Assembly: GCA_040384285.1 (NCBI GenBank)
Contig: JAZKJN010000002.1
Location: forward strand, 130,640-185,695
Origin: Patescibacteria group bacterium
Lineage (GTDB): Bacteria > Patescibacteriota > Minisyncoccia > Phycocordibacterales > PALSA-1337
Direction: 5' to 3'
Length of the DNA stretch: 55,056 bases
The notes beneath the pieces are model-generated. The model searched no databases. It had not been told where the DNA came from and worked only from the letters and a program-made list of their open reading frames with translations. Positions 27,201 to 36,445 of this stretch are shown here, one piece after another. How positions within the stretch are numbered: position 1 is the stretch's first letter; every line of letters starts with the position of its first letter. The translations under genes were made by a program, and so were the position numbers.

Positions 27201-29952
27201 TCAGTCCTGTGGGCAAGATGATGCGGATGACGCGCAAATCGGAGTTGTAGAGATAGGCGGTCACATCGCCCACCGCGTTCGTTATAAACAACGGCTGATG
27301 ATTCGCATTGTAAGCGTACGCGGCCTCCCGAATTCCCGAAGCATTGGTTTTGAGCAGTAGATCGATTTCATTGGCAGCATAGACGTATCTATTAGTTCGA
27401 AAATACACGCCCGTTTCTGAAGATCCGGTCGTTACCTCCAGCAGGGGCTTTTGCATCCGGTTGTATTGGTAAAACGTGTAGTTGGTTCTGCCGTCCGGCA
27501 GTATTTTTGCGACGACCGTAGGCATCTGGTTGGTGCCTTCGTCATTGAAATAGCTCTTGCCATGATACCCGTACCAAGTCCGCTGCCCTGCTGTGGCACC
27601 GTCCGGGCTGGGCTCCTGTTCCATGTTAAGCATGTTCCCCGTGGAATAATGTGTGCCTGAAGGCATGCCTGACAAATTGGTGGAAAAAATTGACGCCGCC
27701 CCGGTGACTGGATTGATGGAAACTAAATGCAGATAATTCCGACGGCGAGCCTGCAGGTAGTCCGTCGCCGTAAAGCTGCCTGGGTTCGTCGTGGACAGAT
27801 TGCCATATTGCCGTGGTCCCCAATAAAACGAGTTGCGATACCACATATGAATATTTCCCATTTCAAACCCAGTGGTGTTTCCAGGATAATCGCTTTCGCT
27901 GTAAGGCAAGTTGGGAGTCGTAGACTGGCTGGTGTCCCGATAAGCAAAGAGATGTCTTGCCAGATTGGGCAGCGTGATTAGCACGGAGCGACCCACTCCC
28001 GCCATGCCGCTCTCCCCGGTCAAATCTCCACCGGCTTTGCCCGTGAATTTGAAGTGATTTGTGCCATAAGGCGTGATCATGCGAACAATTTCGGGCGTTG
28101 TAATTCGGCTGGTGTCGTAGATGAAGCCAGAGGCGAGTCCGACCATGTCCGTGATGTTGGTCAACAGTCCGCTCGTGTCATATTCAAACGTCACGGTGTT
28201 CCCGTAGGAATTGGTGATTTTTGTAATCTGCAATGGGAAGCTACCATTTTCGTAAAAGAGGTGATTGGTCCGCCCGTCGGCATCCACCGCCCAGCGCATA
28301 ATGACGACGCTGTTGGTCAGAGCGTATTCGTAACGGTTTGTGTAGCCGGGCAGCACGATGTGTTCCGTCAAAAATGCCCGAACCCGCCCACCGCTCAGGC
28401 TGAAAAGATACTTGTAGATGCGCTCGTCCCCGCTGCCTTCAGTAAGCTTGAATCCTTCCAGCGTGGAGCCGTTCCACAGGCGCTCCAATTTCGTCGCATG
28501 GCGCGGTTCACGTGCCGTGCCGCCGCTGCCTGACGCTGCCTTGTACTTCCATCCACCGCCTCCGTTGCCCACAAAACGCGTTGCATTGTAAGAAGAGTAA
28601 TCAGTAATTCCAGCATCCGGGTTGATTTCAAGAAACTCCACCCAGCCCCCGCTCCAGTAAGGGCCGAAGCCTGGATACTGATCGTCGTAAGTTCGTGAAT
28701 CCCTCTGGCGGTAGGATAACTTGAGTTTGAATTCCTCGCCGCGCGCCGGTCGGTAGAAAAAGGGCGTGTCATAAAGGGCCAGTGAGGTGTCGGGTTCAGT
28801 GACGTCCCACACTGGCATGCCTCTTCCCACCTTCGACGAGTAGCACCAGCCTCCGCAACCGGGCGGGCTTCCTCCTCCCCCGCCTCCTCCGGCCCCGCTG
28901 CCTCCGGGAGGACAAGGACACGTTTCACAGGGGGGAGGAGGAGGGCCAAAATCGTAATTGGGGAAGCCTCGTCCAAACACAGTGGCGGCCTCACTGCTTT
29001 CCAGCAGGCTCCAATCATCCGGCACATTTTTTTGAGGGACGAGGAAATATCCGCTGGCTTCCTCATTTATTATTTCAGCGCTGATCCACTTGCTTTCCCC
29101 AAAGGTGGGATCGATCACTAGGCAATAGGCGTCCCGACGCTCGAGGATCGCCGCATAGTGGTTCTGACGCCAATGCACCACGCTGGGGACGATGATGGTT
29201 TGTCCCTTCGTCCGACGCACGGCCCGCAACGCCATGCCGTTGGTCCGGGCAATTTGTTCCAGCATGGAAAGAGAAAAACCGCTTCGGGGGGAGGGAATTT
29301 TCAGCAAGTTCCTCATTTCGTGTTGGTTGGTTGCGACCAACAGGTGACCGACATGAAACAGTGAATAGGTGCCGCAACGAAACGAAACACCCGCTTCTTC
29401 GCGCATGGATTCGGCCGCCTGTTGGACCTCCGCCAAGCTCCTCTGCCAATCAAAGCGGCGCAATCTGCGTCCCCCCACTTGACCCATGATTTCCTGCAGC
29501 TCGTTTTCCCTTCCTAAACTGGCCAGAAGCCGGGGCCAGTACGCCAGAACAAAATCCCCCAATTCTTTTGATCCGCGATCCGAGTGGTCGGCGACGGATT
29601 TCCATGCCGCCTCCCAATGTTCTAATGCCTTGCTGTAACGGCCCGATTCCTTGAAATGATGAGCCAGATTGGCCCGTACGGAGGGGGTCCAAGGCGAGGC
29701 CGGATGCCGCTTCAAAAACTCAAGGAATGGTTGATGGAAGTCTGACCGATCCATTTTGACCGCCTCGTCCATCGCTCCAAGGAGCGCGGCGGTTTCCGCA
29801 GACGAAGGATTGGTCGAACCTACCCACCGTAGCCGGTCTTCAAACAGGTTGGAGGTCGTGATGCGCTCCTCGCTTGCGCCAACGGCGCGAAGTTCAGGCG
29901 AAAGGAAGTGGAGCCAGCACAGGCAGAACCACAGGGCGGCAGGTGTTTTCAT
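24217..29952 (-). CDS. RHS/YD-repeat polymorphic toxin with Sec signal and N-terminal C39-like cysteine peptidase
   Basis: Signal peptide; RCG..HWRQNHY..IDPTFG (C39 Cys/His/Asp); many YD repeats; RHS core YRYYEPSLQRWINRDP...NLYGFVKNRPVHSIDPYGL; 113-aa Cys-rich tip. Confidence 0.93.
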   Translation of the reverse strand: MKTPAALWFCLCWLHFLSPELRAVGASEERITTSNLFEDRLRWVGSTNPSSAETAALLGAMDEAVKMDRSDFHQPFLEFLKRHPASPWTPSVRANLAHHFKESGRYSKALEHWEAAWKSVADHSDRGSKELGDFVLAYWPRLLASLGRENELQEIMGQVGGRRLRRFDWQRSLAEVQQAAESMREEAGVSFRCGTYSLFHVGHLLVATNQHEMRNLLKIPSPRSGFSLSMLEQIARTNGMALRAVRRTKGQTIIVPSVVHWRQNHYAAILERRDAYCLVIDPTFGESKWISAEIINEEASGYFLVPQKNVPDDWSLLESSEAATVFGRGFPNYDFGPPPPPCETCPCPPGGSGAGGGGGGGSPPGCGGWCYSSKVGRGMPVWDVTEPDTSLALYDTPFFYRPARGEEFKLKLSYRQRDSRTYDDQYPGFGPYWSGGWVEFLEINPDAGITDYSSYNATRFVGNGGGGWKYKAASGSGGTAREPRHATKLERLWNGSTLEGFKLTEGSGDERIYKYLFSLSGGRVRAFLTEHIVLPGYTNRYEYALTNSVVIMRWAVDADGRTNHLFYENGSFPLQITKITNSYGNTVTFEYDTSGLLTNITDMVGLASGFIYDTSRITTPEIVRMITPYGTNHFKFTGKAGGDLTGESGMAGVGRSVLITLPNLARHLFAYRDTSQSTTPNLPYSESDYPGNTTGFEMGNIHMWYRNSFYWGPRQYGNLSTTNPGSFTATDYLQARRRNYLHLVSINPVTGAASIFSTNLSGMPSGTHYSTGNMLNMEQEPSPDGATAGQRTWYGYHGKSYFNDEGTNQMPTVVAKILPDGRTNYTFYQYNRMQKPLLEVTTGSSETGVYFRTNRYVYAANEIDLLLKTNASGIREAAYAYNANHQPLFITNAVGDVTAYLYNSDLRVIRIILPTGLTITNIYDGDGRLAKMIDLEISRTNSFTYSKGLVFTHTDERNLTTTNFYDGLQRLTAKLYPDGTYVSNAYSRLNLAATRDRMGDWTSFGYDSVQQQTSVTNARGHVTLYNYCACGALDSTTDALNNTTYFYYDKAGRRVATEFPDLSWTTNRYDRAGRLTNVIDSAGTSVTNWYNVQGMLTTTSNGIGRLYATHYDHQDRVTNSVDANGVVIAMSYDALDRMVRRTHADGGVERFYHQPTGRLLHTNQLDHVTGYAYDVAGRKLRETNANNEIVHFAYNAASDLVSLTDARASVTQWGYDEYGRVTNKIDAANNVIFVYRYDADGRLTNRWTPAKQNTYYGYDAVGNLTVVDYNLSTDLHFAYDAVDRLTNMVDALGTTAFNYTSVGLLAGEDGPWSNDAVSYGYTNQLRSSMTVAGALMVPSWQQSYGYDPGKRPKLLTASEGIYTYNHWRAGHLFTNLALPGGMSISNRFDAVGRTLMSAYRQSGGTMLDSQEYLFSLSGQRTNLLRQSGDRISYLYDPAGQLTRATAKESGGTDRLHEQFGYRYDTAGSLHIKTNGAMEQTFDNNSLNQVTENGTGGDLTVAGMILGTPTSVSVNGNLADLYADHSFARRENWSGGSINAFSATAQDALGRVDTHSITLFLDDAPGYDYDLNGNMVRGGRKHFTYDDENQLTQVVVTNQTKSEFVYDGKKRRRVRKEYAWTGMWHQTLEVRYLYDVNLVVQERHFEGAVPTSFPQRTVTYTRGPDLSGSWQGAGGIGGMLARSEHSTITSSLSTVFYHADMVGNVTSLVGTNQQVAGRYLYEPFGRLIAMNGPLAEANTYRFSSKEVHEPSGLAHYFYRYYEPSLQRWINRDPIEEKGGLNLYGFVKNRPVHSIDPYGLFADDEWPESGPPAPCPAGSQRQTEMHFDSCVLEEFGCIHNPCKPDTRFCAAEVFVAIKVCRTTRNPVACKWAALAAITMCGIKEFWSIAEDLGTAMGRCSTAHGRCNPTRCSP

Positions 29953-29972
29953 ACGCGTTGGTTTTAAGAAGT

Positions 29973-32957
29973 TCAGGGAATGACTGAATTGCTTTTTGGC
30001 CTAGTGATGTAAATACGAAGTCCTTGATCGTTGGCATCCCGCCAATCGGTTTCGCCGGAATCCACGCCGCCATTGCCGTTCCAGTCCTCCCAGTAGTCAG
30101 GAACGCCATCCCCGTCGTAATCGAGCGGAGTGCCATTGGCATCGGTGGCCACATAGTGAAAACCCATGTCCACCACGCTGTTGGTTTCCTTCACGTTGTT
30201 GGTCGTCATCGTAAAGTGATAAAGACCGGCGTTCGTGGCGTTACGGCTGCCGGCATTAAGCACGGCGAGATTGGTCGCCACGTAGTATTTGCCCAAAGCA
30301 CCCCGCTGGTAGGTGAGGTTGGTTAACAGCACATCGCTGCCCAAGGTGCCCGAGAGAACAGAATTGCTGTGATAGGCGTTGTGCGAGACCAAATTGCCGG
30401 AACTGGTCAACTGCGCCATCCGGTCAAAGAGGTTGTCCTGAATAGTCCAGTTGGTCGTGCCTCCAGTCACCGAGAGGTAGGATTCGACCATGGTGTTGTT
30501 GCGCACGTGGACGCGCGCGCCGGAACCCGAAGGCGCCGCCCAGATGCCACTGCGGTCGAAGATGTTGTTGGTCAGGGTGATGACTTGATTGGCGCTATCC
30601 CCCAGACCCATGCCCGCATAGTACAGGTCGCAGTGAGTCCATTCGAGGGTTTTCCACGAACCATAGCCATAGAACATGTAGCCGTCGTCGACCATGATGG
30701 CCAACTGGGTGAACCGGAAACGGGCCTGCGAATCTCCCTGCGTGGGATCGCCGGGTGCGTTGTCATAAAAGAGAGCGTAGCCGGCTCCAGCGTTTCCCCT
30801 CCAGGACTCTTGGACATTGTGCGCCCTCACGATGGCATTCATGGCCGTTGCAGAGCCCGAGGAAACGAATCCGCCGGAACTTAAAATAAAGCCAGCGGCA
30901 AAAAAATCTGAGTCGAGCACCGTGTAATCCACGCCTACGGCGACGCCGTTGGTCAGCGTGAGTACGGCGTTCGAACGAATGACGCAATGGCTCACGATGT
31001 AGTCGAGGGGTGCGTAATGGTAGCCGAGATCCGGAAGTCCTTGGTCGCGGTATAGAGGCGTCCAAGTGGCGTCGGTCGTGATGGCATTGGTGAAGAAAAT
31101 CGGTGCATAGGTTGTAGAGCGCGTTATTTCCGTTCGCAGCGCGGACACGATGTTGGTGGTGCCGGCATCCCGCAGAGCGCTAGAGTCGGCGAGGTAGTAG
31201 TGCCCACCCACACTCACCTGGAAATCCGACAGACTGGCCGGCACATTGCCACTCCCGCCCGGAATGGCTGGGGTTCCGTTGGTTCCCAAGTAGCTTCCGA
31301 GAACATTGTTCGTAGAACCGCTTACGTTGACCAGAATGCTGTTGGTCAACGTCAAACGACCGGGTGAGCCGGAAAGCTGGGCTAATGAACTCACCCCATG
31401 AGCTGTGACATGCTGGGCATTAATGACGGTGTTGTCGCCCACGAACAGGTTCACCACGTTGGTGGCAAGGATGTTGTGGACAAAATTAGTGCCACCGTTG
31501 CTGCGCCGGATGGCGTTAGAGCAGTTCATGAACTGCAGGTTATAAAAGCGCTCGGTGCTGCCCTCCCAGTCAATGGCGGTCTGCGCGAAGTTGAAACGCA
31601 AGTCATGCAACTCGCCTGTGACCGTGGTTGAGGCCCGCAGGGCAGTCCGAGCGTAGTAAGAACCAACGGGCCCCGTGAAATCCGGGAAGAACTGGCCTGC
31701 ATCATCTATGGCCGTGAAGATCGCCGGACGATAGGGCGTCGTATCGCAAACCACGGCGCCGTTGAGGGAAATGTACGGGTTGGAGGCAGTGGCATAGTAA
31801 TAAACCACAGCCCCGCCCTTGATCGTGGTGGTGCCATACATTTGAACCGGCCCCGTGATGGTGTAGCTAGCTCCCGGCTCGAAGGTGTAATTGGTTTTCC
31901 CGGAAGTGAGTGTCATGTTGTAGTCGATGACCACGCCTGGCTGTTTCTGAAGTTGCGCCGTCTGCCGCGTCGGAATTGGTCTGGCTTGGGCGCGCTGACT
32001 CGGGGCCTTCGGAAATGAGCGCCCAACCACTTTCCGTCCCGGCGCAGTGGGCAAGGCCGCTCTTTGAAAACCGTTGCTCGGCCTTGCTTGGGCTCGCCTC
32101 CCAGCAGGCAAAGTCTGAAGAGCCGGTTGCAACGCCGGAATTTCCACGGCCTCGATGAGCACCGAACGGCCGTTCAACACCTCCCAGCTTTTCCCGACCG
32201 CAATGTCAAACGAACCGTCCAAAGCAAAGGCCCGTCCTTCGCCGATTTTCATGGCCCCAAAGTGCAGTGTTTGGTCCGCGAAATCCGGGAGCGCCATCAC
32301 TTGGCGCAACGCAGGATTCTCCTCTGCGCGAAGCAGTTTGGTGGTTACGCTTCCTTCCGGAGCGTTCACATATTCCGTCAGCACCTCCAGCCGGGTGGTT
32401 TCAGGGTTCAGTCCGAATCCGGCCGGTGAAGGGAGTTGCTCCCGCAGAATGATGTCCTGTTCAAAGCCATCGCGACGATAAGTGTAGCGAACATCGGCCT
32501 GAAGATCAGTAAACGCATCTGCGTAAAGAATTTGATTGGGAGGCAGGATTTGCCCCGTGGAATCCTTGACGGCTGCGATGAGCACGCTTTCGCCCGTGCC
32601 TGCGTCGGTGTAGGCCAACCCCAACACATGACTGGTGAATTGTTGGCCGTTCTCATCCAACAGTTGGATCGCTCCGTAGGTGTTCAAGTTGGCGGCGAAA
32701 GTGACCTTGTGGGGACCGTAGGAGGCGGCGGCACCTCCAGGAGCCGCTTCAATCACTTCCCGCGTTTCGATCCACGCTTCCCCGCTGCGATAATGCAGGC
32801 CGGTGGCCAGTTCCACTTTCCGTGCCTGCGCCCCTGCCTGTCCTCCGCCCACGACCGTGGTCCGGTGATGTGGACCCCGTTCAAGAACGGGTTCTGCTGC
32901 CCTTACGCCAAATACTCCGAGCATCGTAAACAGAAACCATGCGTGCTGTATTTTCAT
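29973..32957 (-). CDS. Large secreted protein: conserved N-terminal domain, parallel beta-helix repeats, C-terminal DxDGDG Ca-binding motifs
   Basis: Signal peptide; Asn/Thr-rich beta-helix-like repeats; DYDGDGVPDYWEDWNGNG. Confidence 0.8.
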   Translation of the reverse strand: MKIQHAWFLFTMLGVFGVRAAEPVLERGPHHRTTVVGGGQAGAQARKVELATGLHYRSGEAWIETREVIEAAPGGAAASYGPHKVTFAANLNTYGAIQLLDENGQQFTSHVLGLAYTDAGTGESVLIAAVKDSTGQILPPNQILYADAFTDLQADVRYTYRRDGFEQDIILREQLPSPAGFGLNPETTRLEVLTEYVNAPEGSVTTKLLRAEENPALRQVMALPDFADQTLHFGAMKIGEGRAFALDGSFDIAVGKSWEVLNGRSVLIEAVEIPALQPALQTLPAGRRAQARPSNGFQRAALPTAPGRKVVGRSFPKAPSQRAQARPIPTRQTAQLQKQPGVVIDYNMTLTSGKTNYTFEPGASYTITGPVQMYGTTTIKGGAVVYYYATASNPYISLNGAVVCDTTPYRPAIFTAIDDAGQFFPDFTGPVGSYYARTALRASTTVTGELHDLRFNFAQTAIDWEGSTERFYNLQFMNCSNAIRRSNGGTNFVHNILATNVVNLFVGDNTVINAQHVTAHGVSSLAQLSGSPGRLTLTNSILVNVSGSTNNVLGSYLGTNGTPAIPGGSGNVPASLSDFQVSVGGHYYLADSSALRDAGTTNIVSALRTEITRSTTYAPIFFTNAITTDATWTPLYRDQGLPDLGYHYAPLDYIVSHCVIRSNAVLTLTNGVAVGVDYTVLDSDFFAAGFILSSGGFVSSGSATAMNAIVRAHNVQESWRGNAGAGYALFYDNAPGDPTQGDSQARFRFTQLAIMVDDGYMFYGYGSWKTLEWTHCDLYYAGMGLGDSANQVITLTNNIFDRSGIWAAPSGSGARVHVRNNTMVESYLSVTGGTTNWTIQDNLFDRMAQLTSSGNLVSHNAYHSNSVLSGTLGSDVLLTNLTYQRGALGKYYVATNLAVLNAGSRNATNAGLYHFTMTTNNVKETNSVVDMGFHYVATDANGTPLDYDGDGVPDYWEDWNGNGGVDSGETDWRDANDQGLRIYITRPKSNSVIP

Positions 32958-33193
32958 AAAAAACTCCGGGAATTTTGACTGGGACGAGACGAGCTCTCAG
33001 ACGATGGACTCCGAAACATCGAAATCAGTCGCTCATTTGTAAATGCGTTGAGGCTCACATAAACAGTACGCAGCGAGTTGGCGGATCTTTCAAAAAAAGT
33101 GTTAAAAAGTTTTTTGGGATCGAAAAGACCATTCCGGTTTGCAGAGGAACCGTTGGCCACTTTCCTGACGATGGAACCCTTAATCCAAGGGAG

Positions 33194-33796
33194 TCAACGC
33201 GCCAGCTTTTCCAGACGAGTAACCTCGCGTTTGAGTGAAATTAACACGCGAAATTTCACAAGATAGACTTGCGGGCGGCTCATCTTCAGGCTTCGGGCAA
33301 CCCGCGCCACCGGCCATGCCTTCAAGGTCACGAGATCGAAAACCTGATAGTGTTTTAATGGTAGATCGTGACGAAGCTTTTGCAGGGCCGCAGTCATCAG
33401 GGCTTCGCGCCATTCGTGCTCCCATTGGTCAGCGGGGGCGGTAGTCAACTCTGCGGGTGTGAATTCCTCAAAGGCCACCTCTTCGACGGGCAAAGCAGCC
33501 GGACGTCTACGACGGAATTGGGCGAGGATGCGCCATCGCGCCAAGCGGTAGAGCCAGCCCTTGAACGAACCGTTTTCCTTGCGGTAATCGAAGGTCTTGA
33601 TGCGCTCCGCTAGTTCGATCATCGTTTCCTGCACCGCCTCCTTGGACTCATCCTCCGTCAGGCCAGCTTTGATAGCCTGGCCGTAAATGAGATTTCCGTA
33701 GATGTCCTGGAAGGTCTGCCAACTGGCCGCATCCTCGGGATTTTTCACCCGCCGGAGCAGGGTGGTTCGGGTGGCGTTGTCCCGGCTTTTTCGCAC
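33194..33796 (-). CDS. ECF-type RNA polymerase sigma factor
   Basis: Region 2: AVQETMIEL...GSFKGWLYRLARWRI; region 4: YQVFDLVTLKAWPVARVARSL...QVYLVKFRV. Confidence 0.92.
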   Translation of the reverse strand: MRKSRDNATRTTLLRRVKNPEDAASWQTFQDIYGNLIYGQAIKAGLTEDESKEAVQETMIELAERIKTFDYRKENGSFKGWLYRLARWRILAQFRRRRPAALPVEEVAFEEFTPAELTTAPADQWEHEWREALMTAALQKLRHDLPLKHYQVFDLVTLKAWPVARVARSLKMSRPQVYLVKFRVLISLKREVTRLEKLAR

Positions 33797-33979
33797 GAAA
33801 GTTATCTCATCGATCCTCCCGATTTTGGCAACAAAATTTCGTTTTTTAATAGATACAAATACTTAGAAGCATGGGGTTTATTTGGTTTTTTCAATTCCCT
33901 AGAGCACTCGATACGCGAAGCGGGCGAGCTCCTGCGAGATTCAGCGCCTGACTCCATGTTTCTGCGACTGGAACGGTAC

Positions 33980-34062
33980 GGAGTGGAAAAGTCAGGGCGT
34001 GGAGCGGTTCGCGCCGTGGCTTTGAAGCAGAGTGGAGTGGAACGAGTAGAAATGTGGAGTGA
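33980..34062. repeat. Iteron-like GGAGTGGAA/GTGGAG repeats downstream of the relaxase
   Basis: GGAGTGGAA at 33980 and 34034; GTGGAG at 33999 and 34054 (54-55 bp period). Confidence 0.45.
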
Positions 34063-34197
34063 GGCAAGATTCTCCGCGCCGGCAGTCTGCCAGCATTGCG
34101 AAGGCCCAGACGCGCAGGAACGAGCATCGTAGCTGAAGCAGATGCGGGCAGTCTGACGGCGCAACTCGTTGCTCTAATCGCGTGAGTGTCGGGAGTT

Positions 34198-35172
34198 TTA
34201 CCTTTCCGATTTGAACAACCGCCACTTTTTGAGACGCGAGGCAACTAGGTTCTCGCGTTCCATTTGCCTCGCATATACCCACTGCTTTGTTCGCCTTTCA
34301 GAATCGAAGTTCGTTCCGCTGGTGATTTTTTTGTAGTCCTCTGGATACATCCAAATATCGCCGAGCGGGTTCTCAGTCACTTCGTCAATGGTTGAGAGGC
34401 AAATTGGCCAAGAGACAGGTGGCGTAAGTTGAAGCAGACGTTCCGCGAGATTGTTGCGCCTCTCCGCTGTTCTGAAGACGATAAGCACACGGAACGGATA
34501 TTCCCTAAACTGAGAACGTGCGGCACCGTGCAAGTTTGCGAACCCACCAGATTTGTAGAAATCGACGTAGCAGGTAATTTTGGCCACGAGCATTTCCTGT
34601 GTTTCCGTCGATCGGTCCACTTCTAAATAGAAACTGTGCTGAGAGAGACCATTGCCCGATTCCTTTTCGTTCACGCAAATGAATCCGTCGGGTTTGACCG
34701 GTACTTCAAGGCCACGGCCAGAACGCAAGGCTTTGAACTGGTAGAGCAGGGGCCAGGTGCTGAACTGTTCGATGGAAAATTTCTTGGACTTTGCGAGCGC
34801 GGAATGGAACGCCGCCTTCACGTCCATCACTTGAAGCTCATGACGTTCCGTCAGCTCGCTCACGCGTGATCTCTTGTCCAGATTGACGGGGCCAAGCGAC
34901 TGGTATTTGTTGATTTCTCCTCGCTTGGCCAAAACATCCAACCCTTTGCGCGAGAGAAAGAGGAGGGCCGGCTGGGTTACGTGTCTTCCCCGCTTGCTGA
35001 TTAGACCTGCCGCCTTGAGCTTCGCGAGTCTCTTTTTCGTCGCCTCTCTTTTTCCGTCGAAATACAGAACGGCTACGTGCGCAGCGGTCATGAGGCGCGA
35101 TTCAAAAAGACCGCGTAAGATTTCGATGTCCCGATCCTGAAGAAGCACGCCTTCGATTTGTTGCGAAGCCAT
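34198..35172 (-). CDS. Replication-relaxation (Replic_Relax) family protein
   Basis: N-terminal wHTH (RDIEILRGLFESRLMT...KRLAKL), HELQVMD, KPDGF, FYLEVDRSTE. Confidence 0.88.
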   Translation of the reverse strand: MASQQIEGVLLQDRDIEILRGLFESRLMTAAHVAVLYFDGKREATKKRLAKLKAAGLISKRGRHVTQPALLFLSRKGLDVLAKRGEINKYQSLGPVNLDKRSRVSELTERHELQVMDVKAAFHSALAKSKKFSIEQFSTWPLLYQFKALRSGRGLEVPVKPDGFICVNEKESGNGLSQHSFYLEVDRSTETQEMLVAKITCYVDFYKSGGFANLHGAARSQFREYPFRVLIVFRTAERRNNLAERLLQLTPPVSWPICLSTIDEVTENPLGDIWMYPEDYKKITSGTNFDSERRTKQWVYARQMERENLVASRLKKWRLFKSER

Positions 35173-35187
35173 GAGATGAGTATATCA
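35173..35187 (-). promoter_or_regulatory. Extended -10 TGaTATACT 6 nt upstream of the relaxase ATG
   Basis: Minus strand reads TGA-TATACT-catctc-ATG. Confidence 0.65.
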
Positions 35188-35261
35188 AATTTCCTGCGGA
35201 CATTTCAGCGGTCACGAAATGGTTTTCAAGCTGAATTGAGCGCCGGTGGGGTGCAACTTCC

Positions 35262-35702
35262 CTATCGATGTTTCTCGATGAAGCTCACGTAATCTTCTGC
35301 GTGGAACTGCTTCATTGATTCCCAAACAGCGCGAGGGATTGGCCGTCCGAAGAAGCTCTGGATGTCGAGTCCGATCTTGCTGGGCAACTTGTAATTACCC
35401 TCCCTGGCTGCTCGATAGTTGGCAGCGAAATGGAGAATGATGAAGTTGACGCTTCTGCGCTCGTCATCAGTGACCGGATGGCTCGCGAGGTCAGCTTGAT
35501 GGTCAAATATCCGCTTCAGTTCCGGCTGAGAATGAATCCACGTCCATAGCTCTCGGTGCTGCTTGGTGAACTCCAGGAGATTGCCGATCCGGCGTGTCCT
35601 CGCGTCTATTAACAACGCGAAGCCAGCGAAAAACAACCCGACTACGGTGACGGTGTTCTGGAGGGAAAAACCATTGTCCTGAAGCCAAGTCAGGAAATCC
35701 AT
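35262..35702 (-). CDS. Hypothetical protein with N-terminal TM
   Basis: TM segment then QHRELW...PELKRI; co-oriented with 35745-36017. Confidence 0.75.
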   Translation of the reverse strand: MDFLTWLQDNGFSLQNTVTVVGLFFAGFALLIDARTRRIGNLLEFTKQHRELWTWIHSQPELKRIFDHQADLASHPVTDDERRSVNFIILHFAANYRAAREGNYKLPSKIGLDIQSFFGRPIPRAVWESMKQFHAEDYVSFIEKHR

Positions 35703-35744
35703 GCTGGGCAGTATAGCCCGAAAGCAGCGGAAAACGCAAACCCG

Positions 35745-36017
35745 TCAGCTTCGATCTGGAATGTCTGCCTTAGCCCCGATGAGCAAATTCCTCGGAATGC
35801 GGATGATTCGTTCATCCGGTCCGCACCCAGCGGTGGGCGGCAAACTGGCGGCGAACTGAGTGATGTCCACGCCGATTACCGCAAAATCTCCGTCGCCCAG
35901 CTCGAAAATGTCAGGGCAGCCTTCAAGCGATTCGGTTTTTGCGCCGTTGGCATGTGGGTCGAGGCCAAGTCTCCGCACAAACTTCGGGGCCATTTCGTTA
36001 GTTTGTTGCTTGCTCAT
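35745..36017 (-). CDS. Small conserved hypothetical protein (CPDIFEL..G.FAVIG motif)
   Basis: Start reassigned to MSKQQ (36017), which avoids overlap with the XRE gene. Confidence 0.75.
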   Translation of the reverse strand: MSKQQTNEMAPKFVRRLGLDPHANGAKTESLEGCPDIFELGDGDFAVIGVDITQFAASLPPTAGCGPDERIIRIPRNLLIGAKADIPDRS

Positions 36018-36067
36018 TTCGCGAGCGGATTGCCTAAGCGCACATCGCCTGCAACCGCGCCAGATAC

Positions 36068-36397
36068 TTGACCATAGCAAAGTATCTGGTCAAGCGAAGA
36101 CTTTGCCATGCTCAGTTCGTGGCTAAATGTGGGCATCACGAAGCGGTTGTAGCGGAGGTGATCCGGCTTCTCAAGCATGAGCGAGAGCGTCGGAAAATGT
36201 CGAACTATGCCGTATCGCAGATCTCCGGCGTTTCTGAGTCGATGTTAAGTTTGGTTGAACGTGGGCTTCGTAATCCTAGCCTTGAATTGTTGCTTTGTAT
36301 CGCAGCTGCATTGGGGGTTAAGTTGTCGCAAATAATCAAAAAAGCGGAGGTTACGTTAAAGTTACAGTTGCGAAATCAAGTGCGAGATGACGGCTAA
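36068..36397 (+). CDS. XRE-family HTH transcriptional regulator
   Basis: LKHERERRKMSNYAVSQISGVSESMLSLVERGLRNPSLELLLCIAAALGV. Confidence 0.9.
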   Translation: MTIAKYLVKRRLCHAQFVAKCGHHEAVVAEVIRLLKHERERRKMSNYAVSQISGVSESMLSLVERGLRNPSLELLLCIAAALGVKLSQIIKKAEVTLKLQLRNQVRDDG

Positions 36398-36445
36398 CCA
36401 AAACTGTTTGGTAAGCCAGCCCTGTGGGTTTAAAAAATTAAGTGC

